Positions 28,890 to 39,100 of a stretch of 64,000 bases of DNA are shown here, piece by piece (the first letter of the stretch is position 1; every line of letters starts with the position of its first letter). The position numbers and the translations under genes are program-made. The stretch is from a bacterium (GTDB taxonomy: Bacteria; Krumholzibacteriota; Krumholzibacteriia; LZORAL124-64-63): positions 64,001-128,000 of the forward strand of contig JANOEP010000009.1 in assembly GCA_031441465.1 (NCBI GenBank), read 5' to 3'. The notes beneath the pieces were generated by a model. It made no database searches and was not told the DNA's origin. It was given only the letters and a program-made list of their open reading frames with translations.

Positions 28890-30007
28890 CGTTGACGACC
28901 ATGCGGCGCGCCGGCCTGCTGTTCGCGGCGGTGTTCGCCTGCCTGCCGGCCGCCCTGCAGGCGCAGTCGGCCTGGACCGCCGGAGCCGGCGCCTCGCTGG
29001 TCGCGACCGACAACGTGTTCGGCACCGAGTCTTCGCCCGGGGACGACGTCCTCGACGGTCGCGGCTGGCTGCTCTGGACGCCCGCCGACGCTCTGCAGCT
29101 GGGCGCCTCCGGGCGCCTGGTCCGCTTCCTCGACAACCCGGATCTGAATCACGGCTACCTCCAGGCTTCCGCCGAAGTCCAGCGGGCGACGCCGGGCGCG
29201 CTCACACAATGGAAGGCCGGCCTGGCCGGCGCTCGGAGGTCCAACGAAGACCTCTACGCGTCCTACGACTTCCGGGAAGGCAGCGCCTACCTGTCCGCGA
29301 AACGCTACCTCGGCCCCAGCCTCACCGCCCAGATGCGGGCCGACACTTCGAAGCGGACCTACCCCGACTCCCCGGATGAGGACGCGCACCGGGTCTGGCT
29401 GTCCTTCCGGCTGCAACGCTCGCTGCCGTCGCGCACGAGCCTCGGTCTCGGCGCGCGCGCGGGATGGAAGGGCTACGCCACCGATCAGTCGGATCCGGCG
29501 GCGGCCTGGGAGGTCTCCGCACAGGCGGCCCAGTCGTTGTCGGCCAGGCTCGCCCTGCGCGCCTGGTGGTCGCACGCCCGGCTGTACGAGTACGGCGACG
29601 TCGCCGCGCAGCTCGCCGCGTTCGACAACCCCCTGCACGACGAATTTTCCGCCGACGGCCCCCGCCTCGGCGCGGCCCTGAAGGCGATCCTGCCCCGCAA
29701 CTGCCTCGCCGAGCTGTCCGCGGAACGGGCCTGGCTGGATTACCCCGGCCGCCCGCCGCAGGTCTACGATCCCGCGACGAACGAATTCCAGTTCGACGCC
29801 GACGAGCAGATCGTCCTGGGCCCCGGCGTACGGAGCGATTCGCTGTCGCGCGTCCGCCTCGATCTCGAACAACGCACCGCCGCGGCCCTGGGCGGCGCGA
29901 GTGTGAGCCTGTACGCTTCCGTCGAGTGGTCGCAGCGGACTTCCAACGATCTCTACTGGGAATGGAGCGGCTGGTCGGCGCAGGCAGGCGCGGCGATCGA
30001 GTACTGA
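28886..30007 (+). CDS. Putative outer-membrane beta-barrel protein
   Basis: GTGA overlap with the upstream stop; signal peptide (ALQAQS); alternating amphipathic strands; TDNVF N-terminal motif; C-terminal AQAGAAIEY ending in an aromatic residue. Confidence 0.7.
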   Translation: MTLTTMRRAGLLFAAVFACLPAALQAQSAWTAGAGASLVATDNVFGTESSPGDDVLDGRGWLLWTPADALQLGASGRLVRFLDNPDLNHGYLQASAEVQRATPGALTQWKAGLAGARRSNEDLYASYDFREGSAYLSAKRYLGPSLTAQMRADTSKRTYPDSPDEDAHRVWLSFRLQRSLPSRTSLGLGARAGWKGYATDQSDPAAAWEVSAQAAQSLSARLALRAWWSHARLYEYGDVAAQLAAFDNPLHDEFSADGPRLGAALKAILPRNCLAELSAERAWLDYPGRPPQVYDPATNEFQFDADEQIVLGPGVRSDSLSRVRLDLEQRTAAALGGASVSLYASVEWSQRTSNDLYWEWSGWSAQAGAAIEY

Positions 30008-30021
30008 CCGTGATCCGACAC

Positions 30022-30058
30022 GCGGCCCGGGGACGTTTCACCGCCGCCCCCGGGCCGC
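30022..30058. terminator. Hairpin between convergent genes
   Basis: gcggcccgggg...ccccgggccgc inverted repeat. Confidence 0.5.
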
Positions 30059-30068
30059 TTCCTTCGGG

Positions 30069-32342
30069 TCAGATCAACGGCATGTTGTCATAAGGCACCC
30101 CATGGTCCACGCAGAGGGACCACGCTGCGGGCCTGGCGGCGAGCCACGCCCGGGCCTTGGCGGCCGCGCCGGCCCACTCCACCTCGCGATCGGCCAGGTG
30201 CGTCTCGAGCGTCTGCAACGCCCACCTGGTGGCGACCACGGCGGCCGCCGTGACCGCATCCAGAGTGGTCAGGCTCCTCGCCTCCTGCTTCAGCTCCTGG
30301 AGCTTGGCGCCGACGGCCTTGGCCAGTTCCCTGGTGAGGAGCCAGGAGCCGTCCGCTTGCTGGGCCAGCATGAGTTGCATGAGCAGGTCCGGCTTGCCGG
30401 ACGCGACCTGTGTCCTTCTGCGACGAGGCGGTCCTGCGAGCTGCTCGGCATCCATCTTCCGGAACGCGCTGAACAGGGTTCTGTTCGCCTCGTGATCGGA
30501 ACCGGTGTCGAGATAGGCCTTGTAGACGATCGATTCGCACTCGTAAATCAGATGGCGCGAGTCCATCCCGCCCCACCCCCGCGTCAGCGCCACCGGCACC
30601 CGGCGCAGCTCGGCCGTCCCCTCGACGTGCGACTCCCGGTCCACGGCCACGAAACTGGTCAGGCTGGACATCACCTGGTAGGCGCAGGCCAGCTCGACGA
30701 TGCGCTTCTCGGGACCGCTGCGCTTGCGTTCTTTCTGGGCGGAGCCCGTGCGCGGCGGCGCCTCCTCCAGGTCGCGGATCGCCAGGCGGGCCATCAGGGC
30801 GGGCAGGCCGGCGTCGCTCGCGGCGACCTCCGACGTGTCCAGCGGCAGCGACCAGGACCGCACGTTCTCGCCGTCGCGGGCGCGCAGCGTCACGCTGCCC
30901 TCCCCCGCCCCGCGCAGCCGCGCCATCACCGTGAACTGCTCGCCGCCGAACAGCCGGTTGAGAATGCCGGGCGTCACCAGATCGGGCTGCAGGCCCTCCC
31001 ATTCCAGTTCGATGCCGGTCCAGGCCGGACCGCCCAGGCGCCCGAACATCCGCAACACCTTGGGTTCGATGCGCTCACCCGGGAAGACAAACTCCGCCGC
31101 GCCCCCGGTCGCGCGCGCCAGCCCGCGCACCAGGTGCTCCGAAGCGCCGCGGCCGATGCCGAAGGTGAACAGGCGCGTGCCCGGATGACTGCCGACCAGG
31201 TCGATGCACTGCTTCTCGTTGCCCACCTCGCCGTCGGTCAGCAGCAGGATGTCGCACCGGCGCCCGGCGCCCGCTTGCAGGATGTGCCGCAGCGGAGACA
31301 TCAGTTCCGTGCCGCCCAGGTCGGCGTTCATGGCCTGGATGGCCGCGGTGGCCTGGTCCAGCGTCGTCTGGTCGTAGGCGACGGCATGCGGGTAGAGGGA
31401 TTCGAAGCTCGAGCCGAAGCTCACCACGTTGAAGGAGTCGCCCGCCCGCAGGCTGCGCAGGCAGAGCAGCAGGGCGTTCTTGGCCTGCTCGATGCTCTCC
31501 CCGCTCATCGAGCCGGAGCGGTCGATCAGGAAGACGACCTCGCGCGCGACGCTCTCCGTCGCCGGCATCTCGGGCCGGAAATTCAGCAACGCCGCGAAGC
31601 CGCCGGTGGGGTCGGGCACCACCGTGACGCGCGGCTGGAAGGGATCCGACTGCCGGATGTTGAGCACGAAGTCCTGGTCCAGGGCCGTGGACTCGGCGGC
31701 CAGGGTGATCCCGGCCCGCATCCCGTCCAGGGTGATCGCCACGGGATGGCTCGGGCACTCGATGCCGCGCAGCGGCGACGCACCGGTGTAGGCCACGTCC
31801 AGGCGCAGGCCGTAGGGCACGCCCCCGGGCGCGACCGGCGGCGTGATGTGGTCGCGCTCGGACGGGTCCATCCCGGCTGCCTGATCGGCGGGGATGTAGC
31901 GCGGCGAGATGGTGGTGGGTAGGCTGAGGCGCACCCCGTCGGCCGTGGCGTCCAGCATGGTGGCGTACTCCAGGGTCACGGTCGCCTCGGCGCCCGGGGC
32001 CAGATTGCCGACGCTCACGGTGAAGATGTTCGGGCGATCCTGGTCCATCAGGAAGGCCTGGTGCCCGTCGGCGATGGCGTCGTCGTAGATCTCGAACGCC
32101 TTCTCCTTCTCCACGACGCGCCCGACGATGTGGCGGCCGTCCACCTCGATCACGAAGCCGCAGACGGCGCTGCTTTCCTCGAGCGGGAAGCTGTACACCG
32201 CCTCGATCGGGATGTCTTCCACGTTGCGGTAACGCTGACGCACCACGACCATGGCGGCGGTGTCGCGCGCGTCGACCTTGATCTCGACGCCCTGCAGAGG
32301 CACGGGCGCATGGTTCTTGCCGAACATTCCGTAGGTCTCCAT
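30069..32342 (-). CDS. VIT (vault inter-alpha-trypsin) + vWA domain protein
   Basis: PIEAVYSFPL...AVCGF (VIT), PTTISPRY, MIDAS motif DRSGSM, LGGTE, LTDGE, FTFGIG and TSFVAV. Confidence 0.9.
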   Translation of the reverse strand: METYGMFGKNHAPVPLQGVEIKVDARDTAAMVVVRQRYRNVEDIPIEAVYSFPLEESSAVCGFVIEVDGRHIVGRVVEKEKAFEIYDDAIADGHQAFLMDQDRPNIFTVSVGNLAPGAEATVTLEYATMLDATADGVRLSLPTTISPRYIPADQAAGMDPSERDHITPPVAPGGVPYGLRLDVAYTGASPLRGIECPSHPVAITLDGMRAGITLAAESTALDQDFVLNIRQSDPFQPRVTVVPDPTGGFAALLNFRPEMPATESVAREVVFLIDRSGSMSGESIEQAKNALLLCLRSLRAGDSFNVVSFGSSFESLYPHAVAYDQTTLDQATAAIQAMNADLGGTELMSPLRHILQAGAGRRCDILLLTDGEVGNEKQCIDLVGSHPGTRLFTFGIGRGASEHLVRGLARATGGAAEFVFPGERIEPKVLRMFGRLGGPAWTGIELEWEGLQPDLVTPGILNRLFGGEQFTVMARLRGAGEGSVTLRARDGENVRSWSLPLDTSEVAASDAGLPALMARLAIRDLEEAPPRTGSAQKERKRSGPEKRIVELACAYQVMSSLTSFVAVDRESHVEGTAELRRVPVALTRGWGGMDSRHLIYECESIVYKAYLDTGSDHEANRTLFSAFRKMDAEQLAGPPRRRRTQVASGKPDLLMQLMLAQQADGSWLLTRELAKAVGAKLQELKQEARSLTTLDAVTAAAVVATRWALQTLETHLADREVEWAGAAAKARAWLAARPAAWSLCVDHGVPYDNMPLI

Positions 32343-32365
32343 CTCGGCCTTCCTCCCTGCCGGGT

Positions 32366-32878
32366 TCACCGGCTCTCCCACCCGCGGCGCGCGCCCTTAT
32401 CCTCCCCGGACGGCATGTCCAGGTTGTCGCGCAGCAGCCGCACGATCCGCTCCAGCCTCGGCCCGACGGGCATCCCGGCGCCGGCGGCGAACTCCAGCCA
32501 GACGCCCTCGGTCACTTCCACCCGCGTCACCACCTGGCGCCGCAGCGCCGGAGGCTCGGGTGCGGACTCACACCTGAAGAGGCGCCCGACCTCGAGCTGC
32601 GGCCTTTCCGAGTAGGCCACCAGTTCCTCGCGCACCGAGGCCATCATCTCGGGGCCGTCCAGGAACGCCGCCATTTGCTCCAGGTGGACGCCCTCGCGCT
32701 GCAACTCGCGCACCTTCAGCAGACGATCCAGGTGCTGCAGGCCGTACTTCCCGCCCAGCCCGCGCCCCGCCGGCGGCGGCAGGAGGCCCAGTTGCACGTA
32801 GTAGCGCACCGTGCGCGGACTGACGTTCCCCAGGGCCGCCAACTCGGAGATGCTGTAGGTCTTTTCATTGTTCATCAT
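32366..32878 (-). CDS. MerR-type HTH transcriptional regulator
   Basis: YSISELAALGNVSPRTVRYYVQLGLLPPP...YGLQHLDRL...LQREG; C-terminal RVEVTEGVWL. Confidence 0.88.
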   Translation of the reverse strand: MMNNEKTYSISELAALGNVSPRTVRYYVQLGLLPPPAGRGLGGKYGLQHLDRLLKVRELQREGVHLEQMAAFLDGPEMMASVREELVAYSERPQLEVGRLFRCESAPEPPALRRQVVTRVEVTEGVWLEFAAGAGMPVGPRLERIVRLLRDNLDMPSGEDKGARRGWESR

Positions 32879-32884
32879 GGAGTC

Positions 32885-32913
32885 ATCATAGCAGTAAACT
32901 GTCGTTATGTCAA
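32885..32913 (-). promoter_or_regulatory. sigma70-type promoter of the MerR-like gene (probably leaderless)
   Basis: Minus strand TTGACA-17nt-TATGAT-6nt-ATG. Confidence 0.7.
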
Positions 32914-33139
32914 CTGTCTTTATTTGATTCGCAACTTATTGAAAATCAATGATTATATGGTGATGGCGTATTTTTAGCATTCGTCGAAAATATCACTAAT
33001 TCGACAGTTCCACCGCACAGTGATGACCTGGCCGGCGCCCGCCCACCATCTGCTGCTCAAGCCGGGACAAAGAATCCCGATAGTGACGGACAACGAGGCG
33101 CCCCGCCGGGCCTTCCGACGAGAAAGGGCAGATGAAGGC

Positions 33140-36100
33140 ATGAAGGAATCAAAGCTGGGATTCAGCCGCTCCGGCGTGCGCCGGGGAGCCGGTATGCTCG
33201 TGGCCGGTCTCTGCATCCTGTGCGGAGTCCTGTCGGCGCAGGCGGAAGTCAATTCCGGCAGGTACACGGGCAACGGCGCGGCCTCGCGGGCGATCACCGG
33301 CGCCGGTTTCCAGCCCGAGATCGTCATCATCAAGGGCGACAACACCGAGTCCGCGGTGATCCGCACGGCGACGATGCCGGCCGGCACCTCCAAACAGCTC
33401 GCCCAAGACCAGCCGATGATCGTGAACCGGATCCTCGGGTTCGCCGCCGACGGCTTCAATATCGGCAACGACGCCGACGTGAACGCGTCGGGCGTGGAGT
33501 ACGCCTGGGTCGCCTTCTCCTCCAGCCCAGGCGACCTCAAGCTCGGCACCTACACCGGCAACGGCAACATTCTGAGGAACGTGACGGGAAGCGGCTTCCA
33601 GCCCGAACTGGTGTTCGTGCTGGGGAGCAACAGCAAGCGTCCCGTCTGGCGCAGCAGCGCCATGCCGTGGCTCCTGGCCATGGATTTCGACGATTTCGAT
33701 CTCAGGACCAGCCTGATCAATTCGTTCCTCGCCGACGGCTTCCAGGTGGCGTGGAATGACGAAGTCAATCAATCGGGCGTGGTCTATCACTACATCGCCT
33801 GGAACGCGACGCCCGGCGCGATCACCCTTGGCCAGTACACGGGCAACGGGCATAACGATCAGAGAATCAGCAGCCCCGGCTTCAAGCCGGAATGGGTCCT
33901 CGTCAAGGATGGCGGGGATCTGCCGGCCGTGCAGAAGCCGAAGGAACTCGACGGCCACAGGTCGGGGTTCGCGACGCCGGAGATCTTCACGGAACAGGGC
34001 GTCCGGGACCTGGAGGCTAACGGGTTCAAGGTCGGCAACGATCCGAGCGTGAACGCCTCCGGCCGCACCTACTATTACGCGGCCTTCGAGGACCGCAAGG
34101 TCGACAACTCCGATCTGGAGGTCACCCTGTCCGCCGCTCCGACGGCCCTGGCCGTGGGCCAGGATGTCGTCCACACGGTCGGGTTGCGCAACAACGGGCC
34201 GGACGACGCCACCGGCGTCGCGGTCACCCTGCACCTGCCCGTCGGCCTGTCCTTCCTGAGCGCCTCGCCAGGCTCCGGCAGTTACGACAGCGCCAGCGGC
34301 GTCTGGACCCTCGGCAGTCTCGGCAACAACACGTCGGCACAACTGACGGTGACCTCCCACGTGGAGGCCGCGGCCTCGGGCCAGGTCCTGCACGCCACGG
34401 CGGCGATCAGCGCCGCCAACGAAACCGATCCGAACGGCACCGACAATGCCGCCGCCGTCGATGTGACCGTGGCCTGGATGGACGCCGACCTGGCGGTCGC
34501 CATCACGGTCGGCGACGACAGGCCGGACGAAGGGGAGCAGTTCGAGTACACCTTCTCCATCCACAACGTGGGGCCCGGCGTCACCACCGGTGTGCGGCTC
34601 CAGACCTCCGTCGCGGCGGGTATCCAGATCATCCAGGCGGTCCCGGGCGGGGGTACGTACCTCCCCGCGACCGGTGTATGGGAACTCGCGAGCCTCGCCG
34701 CCGGCGACGTCGCCACGCTGATCGTGACCGCCCGTGCGGCCCCCGGCACCGCGGGCCAGACCCTGAGCGCCACGGTATCGATCTCGGCCGCCGTGCAACC
34801 GGACCCGGTCGCGGCGAACAACGCCGCCGGGGTGGATGTCGTCGTCGCCAGCAGCGACCTCTCGGTCGCGTTGACGGCTTCCGACACGACGCCCGACGTG
34901 GGCCAAACAGTGACCATCGGCCTCACGCTGGTCAACGACGGGCCGGACGCCGCCACGGGCATCGCCCTCGCCGCCGCTTTGCCGACCGGGCTGACATACC
35001 AGAGCCATGCAGCGGAAGTCGGCGTCTACGACAGCGCCACTGGCGCGTGGACGGTCGGGCCCCTGGCCGCCGCCGCGACGGCGTCGCTGCAGATCACCGC
35101 GATCATCGGCGCCGGTACGGGCGGAACGACCCTGACGACGACGGCGACGGTCACCGCAGCCGACCGGGTCGACCCGAACGGCGCGAACGACACCGCGAGC
35201 ATCGCGGTCGTGGTGACCAGCGCCGATCTGGCGTTGAGCCTGTCCGCCGACGATGCGGCCCCCGATCCCGGCGACACCGTCGTCCTGACGGTCACGCTCG
35301 CCAATCACGGCCCGGACGACGCGGACGGGATCACCGTCGCGACATCCCTGCCGTTCGGGCTCGGCTACGTGAGCGCCGCGCCGGGCGTCGGCGGCTACAG
35401 CCAGGCGACCGGCGTCTGGTCCGTGGGCGATCTGATCGAAGGCGGCACGGCCACCCTGCAGATCACGACGACGGCGTCGGGCGCTCCACCGGGTGCGATC
35501 CTCGTCCCCGTCGCGACGATCACCGCCGCCGGGCAGAGCGACCCGGTCGCCGCCAACAACACCGCATCCTTCGCCGTCGTCATGACCGTCGCCGATCTGG
35601 CGCTGGGCCTCTCCGCGGACAACACGGCCCCCAACCAGGGCGACCCCGTCGTCTTCACGATCACACTCGTCAATCACGGCCCGGACGACGCGAGCGGAAT
35701 CGCCGTCACGACGAGCCTGCCGGCGGAACTCACCTACGTCGGCTGCGTGCCGGCCAGCGGCGTCTTCGTTCCCGGAACGGGCGTGTGGACGGTCGATGAT
35801 CTGTCCGCTTCGAACTCCACCACGTTGCGGATCACGACCTCGTTGGACGGCGCCATCGGCGGCACGAACCTGATCACCGGCGCGACGATCACGGCCGCGG
35901 ATCAGGGCGACCCCGCGCTCGCCAACAACTCGGCCAGCGCCGCTGTCGGCGTCACCAGCGCCGATCTGGGGCTGCTGCTCGCCGTCGACGACGACACTCC
36001 CGACGAGCATCAACCGGTAACGTTCTCGCTCACGCTGACGAACCACGGCCCGAACGCGGCGGGTGGTGTCGTCGCGGCGCTCTCGTTACCCGGTGGATTG

Positions 36101-39100
36101 ACGTACGCCGGCGACGTCGCCGATACGGGTGGCTACGACCACGTCTCCGGCGCCTGGACAGTCGGCGGTCTGGGCGTCGGCGCCACGGCGACCCTGGACG
36201 TCACGTTCACGGTCGACGGAGGCACGGCCGGCTCCGAGCTGACGGTGTCGGGCAACATCTCCGCCTCGGAGCAGGGCGACGCCGTACCCGGCAACAACGC
36301 AGCCAGCCAGATCGTCACCGTCACCGACGCTGATCTCGCGCTGTCGCTCACGGTCACCGACTCGGAACCCGACGTGCTGCAGCAGATCACGTTCACGCTC
36401 GGACTGTCGAACCACGGCCCGGACACGGCGGACGGCATCGCCGTCGCCGCCCTGCTGCCGGCCGGGTTGACGTACGAGAGCGACGCGGCGGATCAGGGCG
36501 GCTACAACCACCTCGCGGGCCTCTGGACGGTCGGGGGCCTGGCGGCCGGCGCCAGCGCGAATCTGAACCTCACCTGCACCGTCCGCGACGGCGCCGGAGG
36601 TTCGACGCTCACTCTGTCGGGCGCCGTTTCTGCCTCGAACCAGGGCGATACCGTAACCGGCAACAACACGGCCGCCCGGTCCGTCATCGTCACCAGCGCC
36701 GACCTCGCGCTTTCGGGCTCGATCACCGACGCCACGCCCGACGAAGGTCAGCAAGTCACGCGCTCGTTCATCCTGGAGAATTTCGGCCCCAGCGAGGCGA
36801 GCGGCGTCACCGTCGCCGCCGCCCTGCCGCCGGGAATGACCTTCGTGAGCGGCACGGCGAATCAGGGCGTCTACGACCACCTCACCGGCGTCTGGACGGT
36901 CGGCGACCTGGCGGCCGGCGCCGCGAGAACCCTGGACCTCACGGTCTCGGTCGATGGCGGCACGGGCGGTTCGACACTGACCTCGTCGGCGTCGGTGGCG
37001 ACGTCCGGGCAGAGCGATCCGACTCCGGCGAACAACGCGACGAGCATCGCGGTCACCGTGACCAGCGTCGATCTCGGTCTCGCCCTGTCCGTATCGGACT
37101 CCGCGCCGGACGAGAACGATACGCTCGACTACACGCTCAAGCTGACCAACCACGGACCCGATCCGGCCACCGGCGTGGGCGTCGCCGTGGCGCTGCCGGC
37201 CGGCATCGGTTACCTGGGCAGCGTCCCCGCCATCGGCGTCTTCGACAGCGCGTCGGGAATCTGGTCGGTGGGCAACCTCGCCGCCGCCGCCGCGACGACG
37301 CTGCGGATCTCGGCGGTCGTGTCCACCGGCACGGCCGGCTCCTCGCTGACCGTCTCCGCGGGCGTGAACGCGGCCGGGCAGAGCGATCCCGTTCCCGCCA
37401 ACAACACCGCGACGGTCGCCGTGACCGTCGGCGTCCCGACCGCCGACTTGTCCCTGGCAGCGGCATTCGACACCGCGGAAGCGACAGCCGGCGGCACCGC
37501 GGTCCTGCGTCTGCGGTTGGCCAACGACGGGCCGTACCAGGGGACCGGCATCGGCGTCGATCTCACCCTGCCGGCGCACCTGACGGTGTTCGACCTCGAT
37601 CCTGGTCATGGCGAGTACGACACCAATACCGGGCGCTGGCTGATCCCAACGCTCGCGGCCGGTGCTGCCGATACCCTCGTGGCGACCTGCAGCATCGCGT
37701 CCGGGGCGACCGGCTACGCGACCGCTCCCGGCGCCGTGATCAGCGCCGGCGACCAGGTCGACCCCGACCCGTCCGACAACATCGCGACGGCGAATCTGAC
37801 GATCGCTCCCCCGCCGTCGCTCCGATTCGCCGTGCGCCCGTTCGCCGATTCCCGCCGGCACCTGCTGCCCGGCGGCGCCTCGGACGCCGTGCTTTGCATC
37901 GACGTGGTCAATAGCGCTACGGCCGTCGCTTCCCTGAATGCGATCGCCGTACGCAACCCGGCGATGAGCGGCGTCGATCAATCCCGCCAGGACGCGGCCT
38001 GGGCCGGCCTCGATCTGCGCTATAGGACCGGCGGCGTCGATGTGCCCGTGCCCGTCGTCGACGGCGGCAATCCCGCCGGCAACTTCGTCGACGGCACGGC
38101 CGTCTTCGGGGGACTCGACCTTGCCCTGGCGCCCGGCGACACGTTGCGCCTGGCCCTTTTCGGCGCGGCGGCCCTGGACGCGCCGGACGGCCTCGTGCTG
38201 TCGCCCGTCATCGAAGACGCCGACGCCCTTTCGGTTCCGGGAAATTTCACGATCTCCGGCACCTGGCCCCTCATCGCGGCAGGCGTCCTGGCCGTCGACG
38301 GCATGACCGCCGCGCAGATCATGCTGCGCCCGATCGGGGCGGAGGTCTTCCAGCTCGACTCGGTCCGCAACGTGGCGCTGGACGTCACGCTGCCGGGCAA
38401 CGGCGGCATGGCGGATCACCTCACGCGTTTCAACGTCCGCAACCACGGCACCGCGACAGCGGGCAACGTCCTGACCCGCCTCGAACTCTGGGCTGACGAC
38501 GGCGACGGCAGCTTCGACGCCGCCGGCGACACGCGGATCGCCCCCCTGACCTGGACCGGCGACCGCTGGGAGGCCACCGGCCTCTGGCACCCGGTTTCCG
38601 CGGGCGGCCTGCAGATCTATGTCACCGTGGACGTGGCGGCCGACGCGCTCGGCGGCACGGTGCAACTGGGACTGCCTGCCGGCGACGACACCGGCGTGGG
38701 CATGGCCAGCGGCAACGACGGCCCCAACGACGATCCGGTCATCAATCCGTTCACGCAGACCGTGAGCGCCACCGACAGGATCATCGCCGCGGCCCTGCCG
38801 CTCACCTCCGCCGTCGTGGCGCCGGGCCAGTCCGGCGTGACCATGCTGCATCTGATCATGCGGAATCTGTACGACGATGCGCGGGTGCTGACGCGCCTGC
38901 AGGTCCGCAACACCGGTCGCGGCCAGGGCGACGCCACGCAGGACGAGCGCGATCGGGCGCTGTCGGTGCTGTCGCTGCGCCGGGACGGAAACGGCGACGG
39001 TGTCCTGGGATCCGTCACCGAGGATCCGGTGATCGGGACCGCGGTGTTCGCGGCCGGCCGGGCCCAGTTCACCGGCCTGAACTGTGAACTGCAACCGGGT

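Noticed and set aside
33245..34100. Prophage remnant suggested by the YTGNG repeats
   Set aside because: The repeats are inside a signal-peptide-bearing cellular protein; no phage genes, integrase or att sites in the window.
34109..37810. Repeated ~360-nt units as a possible CRISPR or DNA repeat array
   Set aside because: They are degenerate in-frame protein repeats (DUF11), with no identical short repeats or unique spacers.
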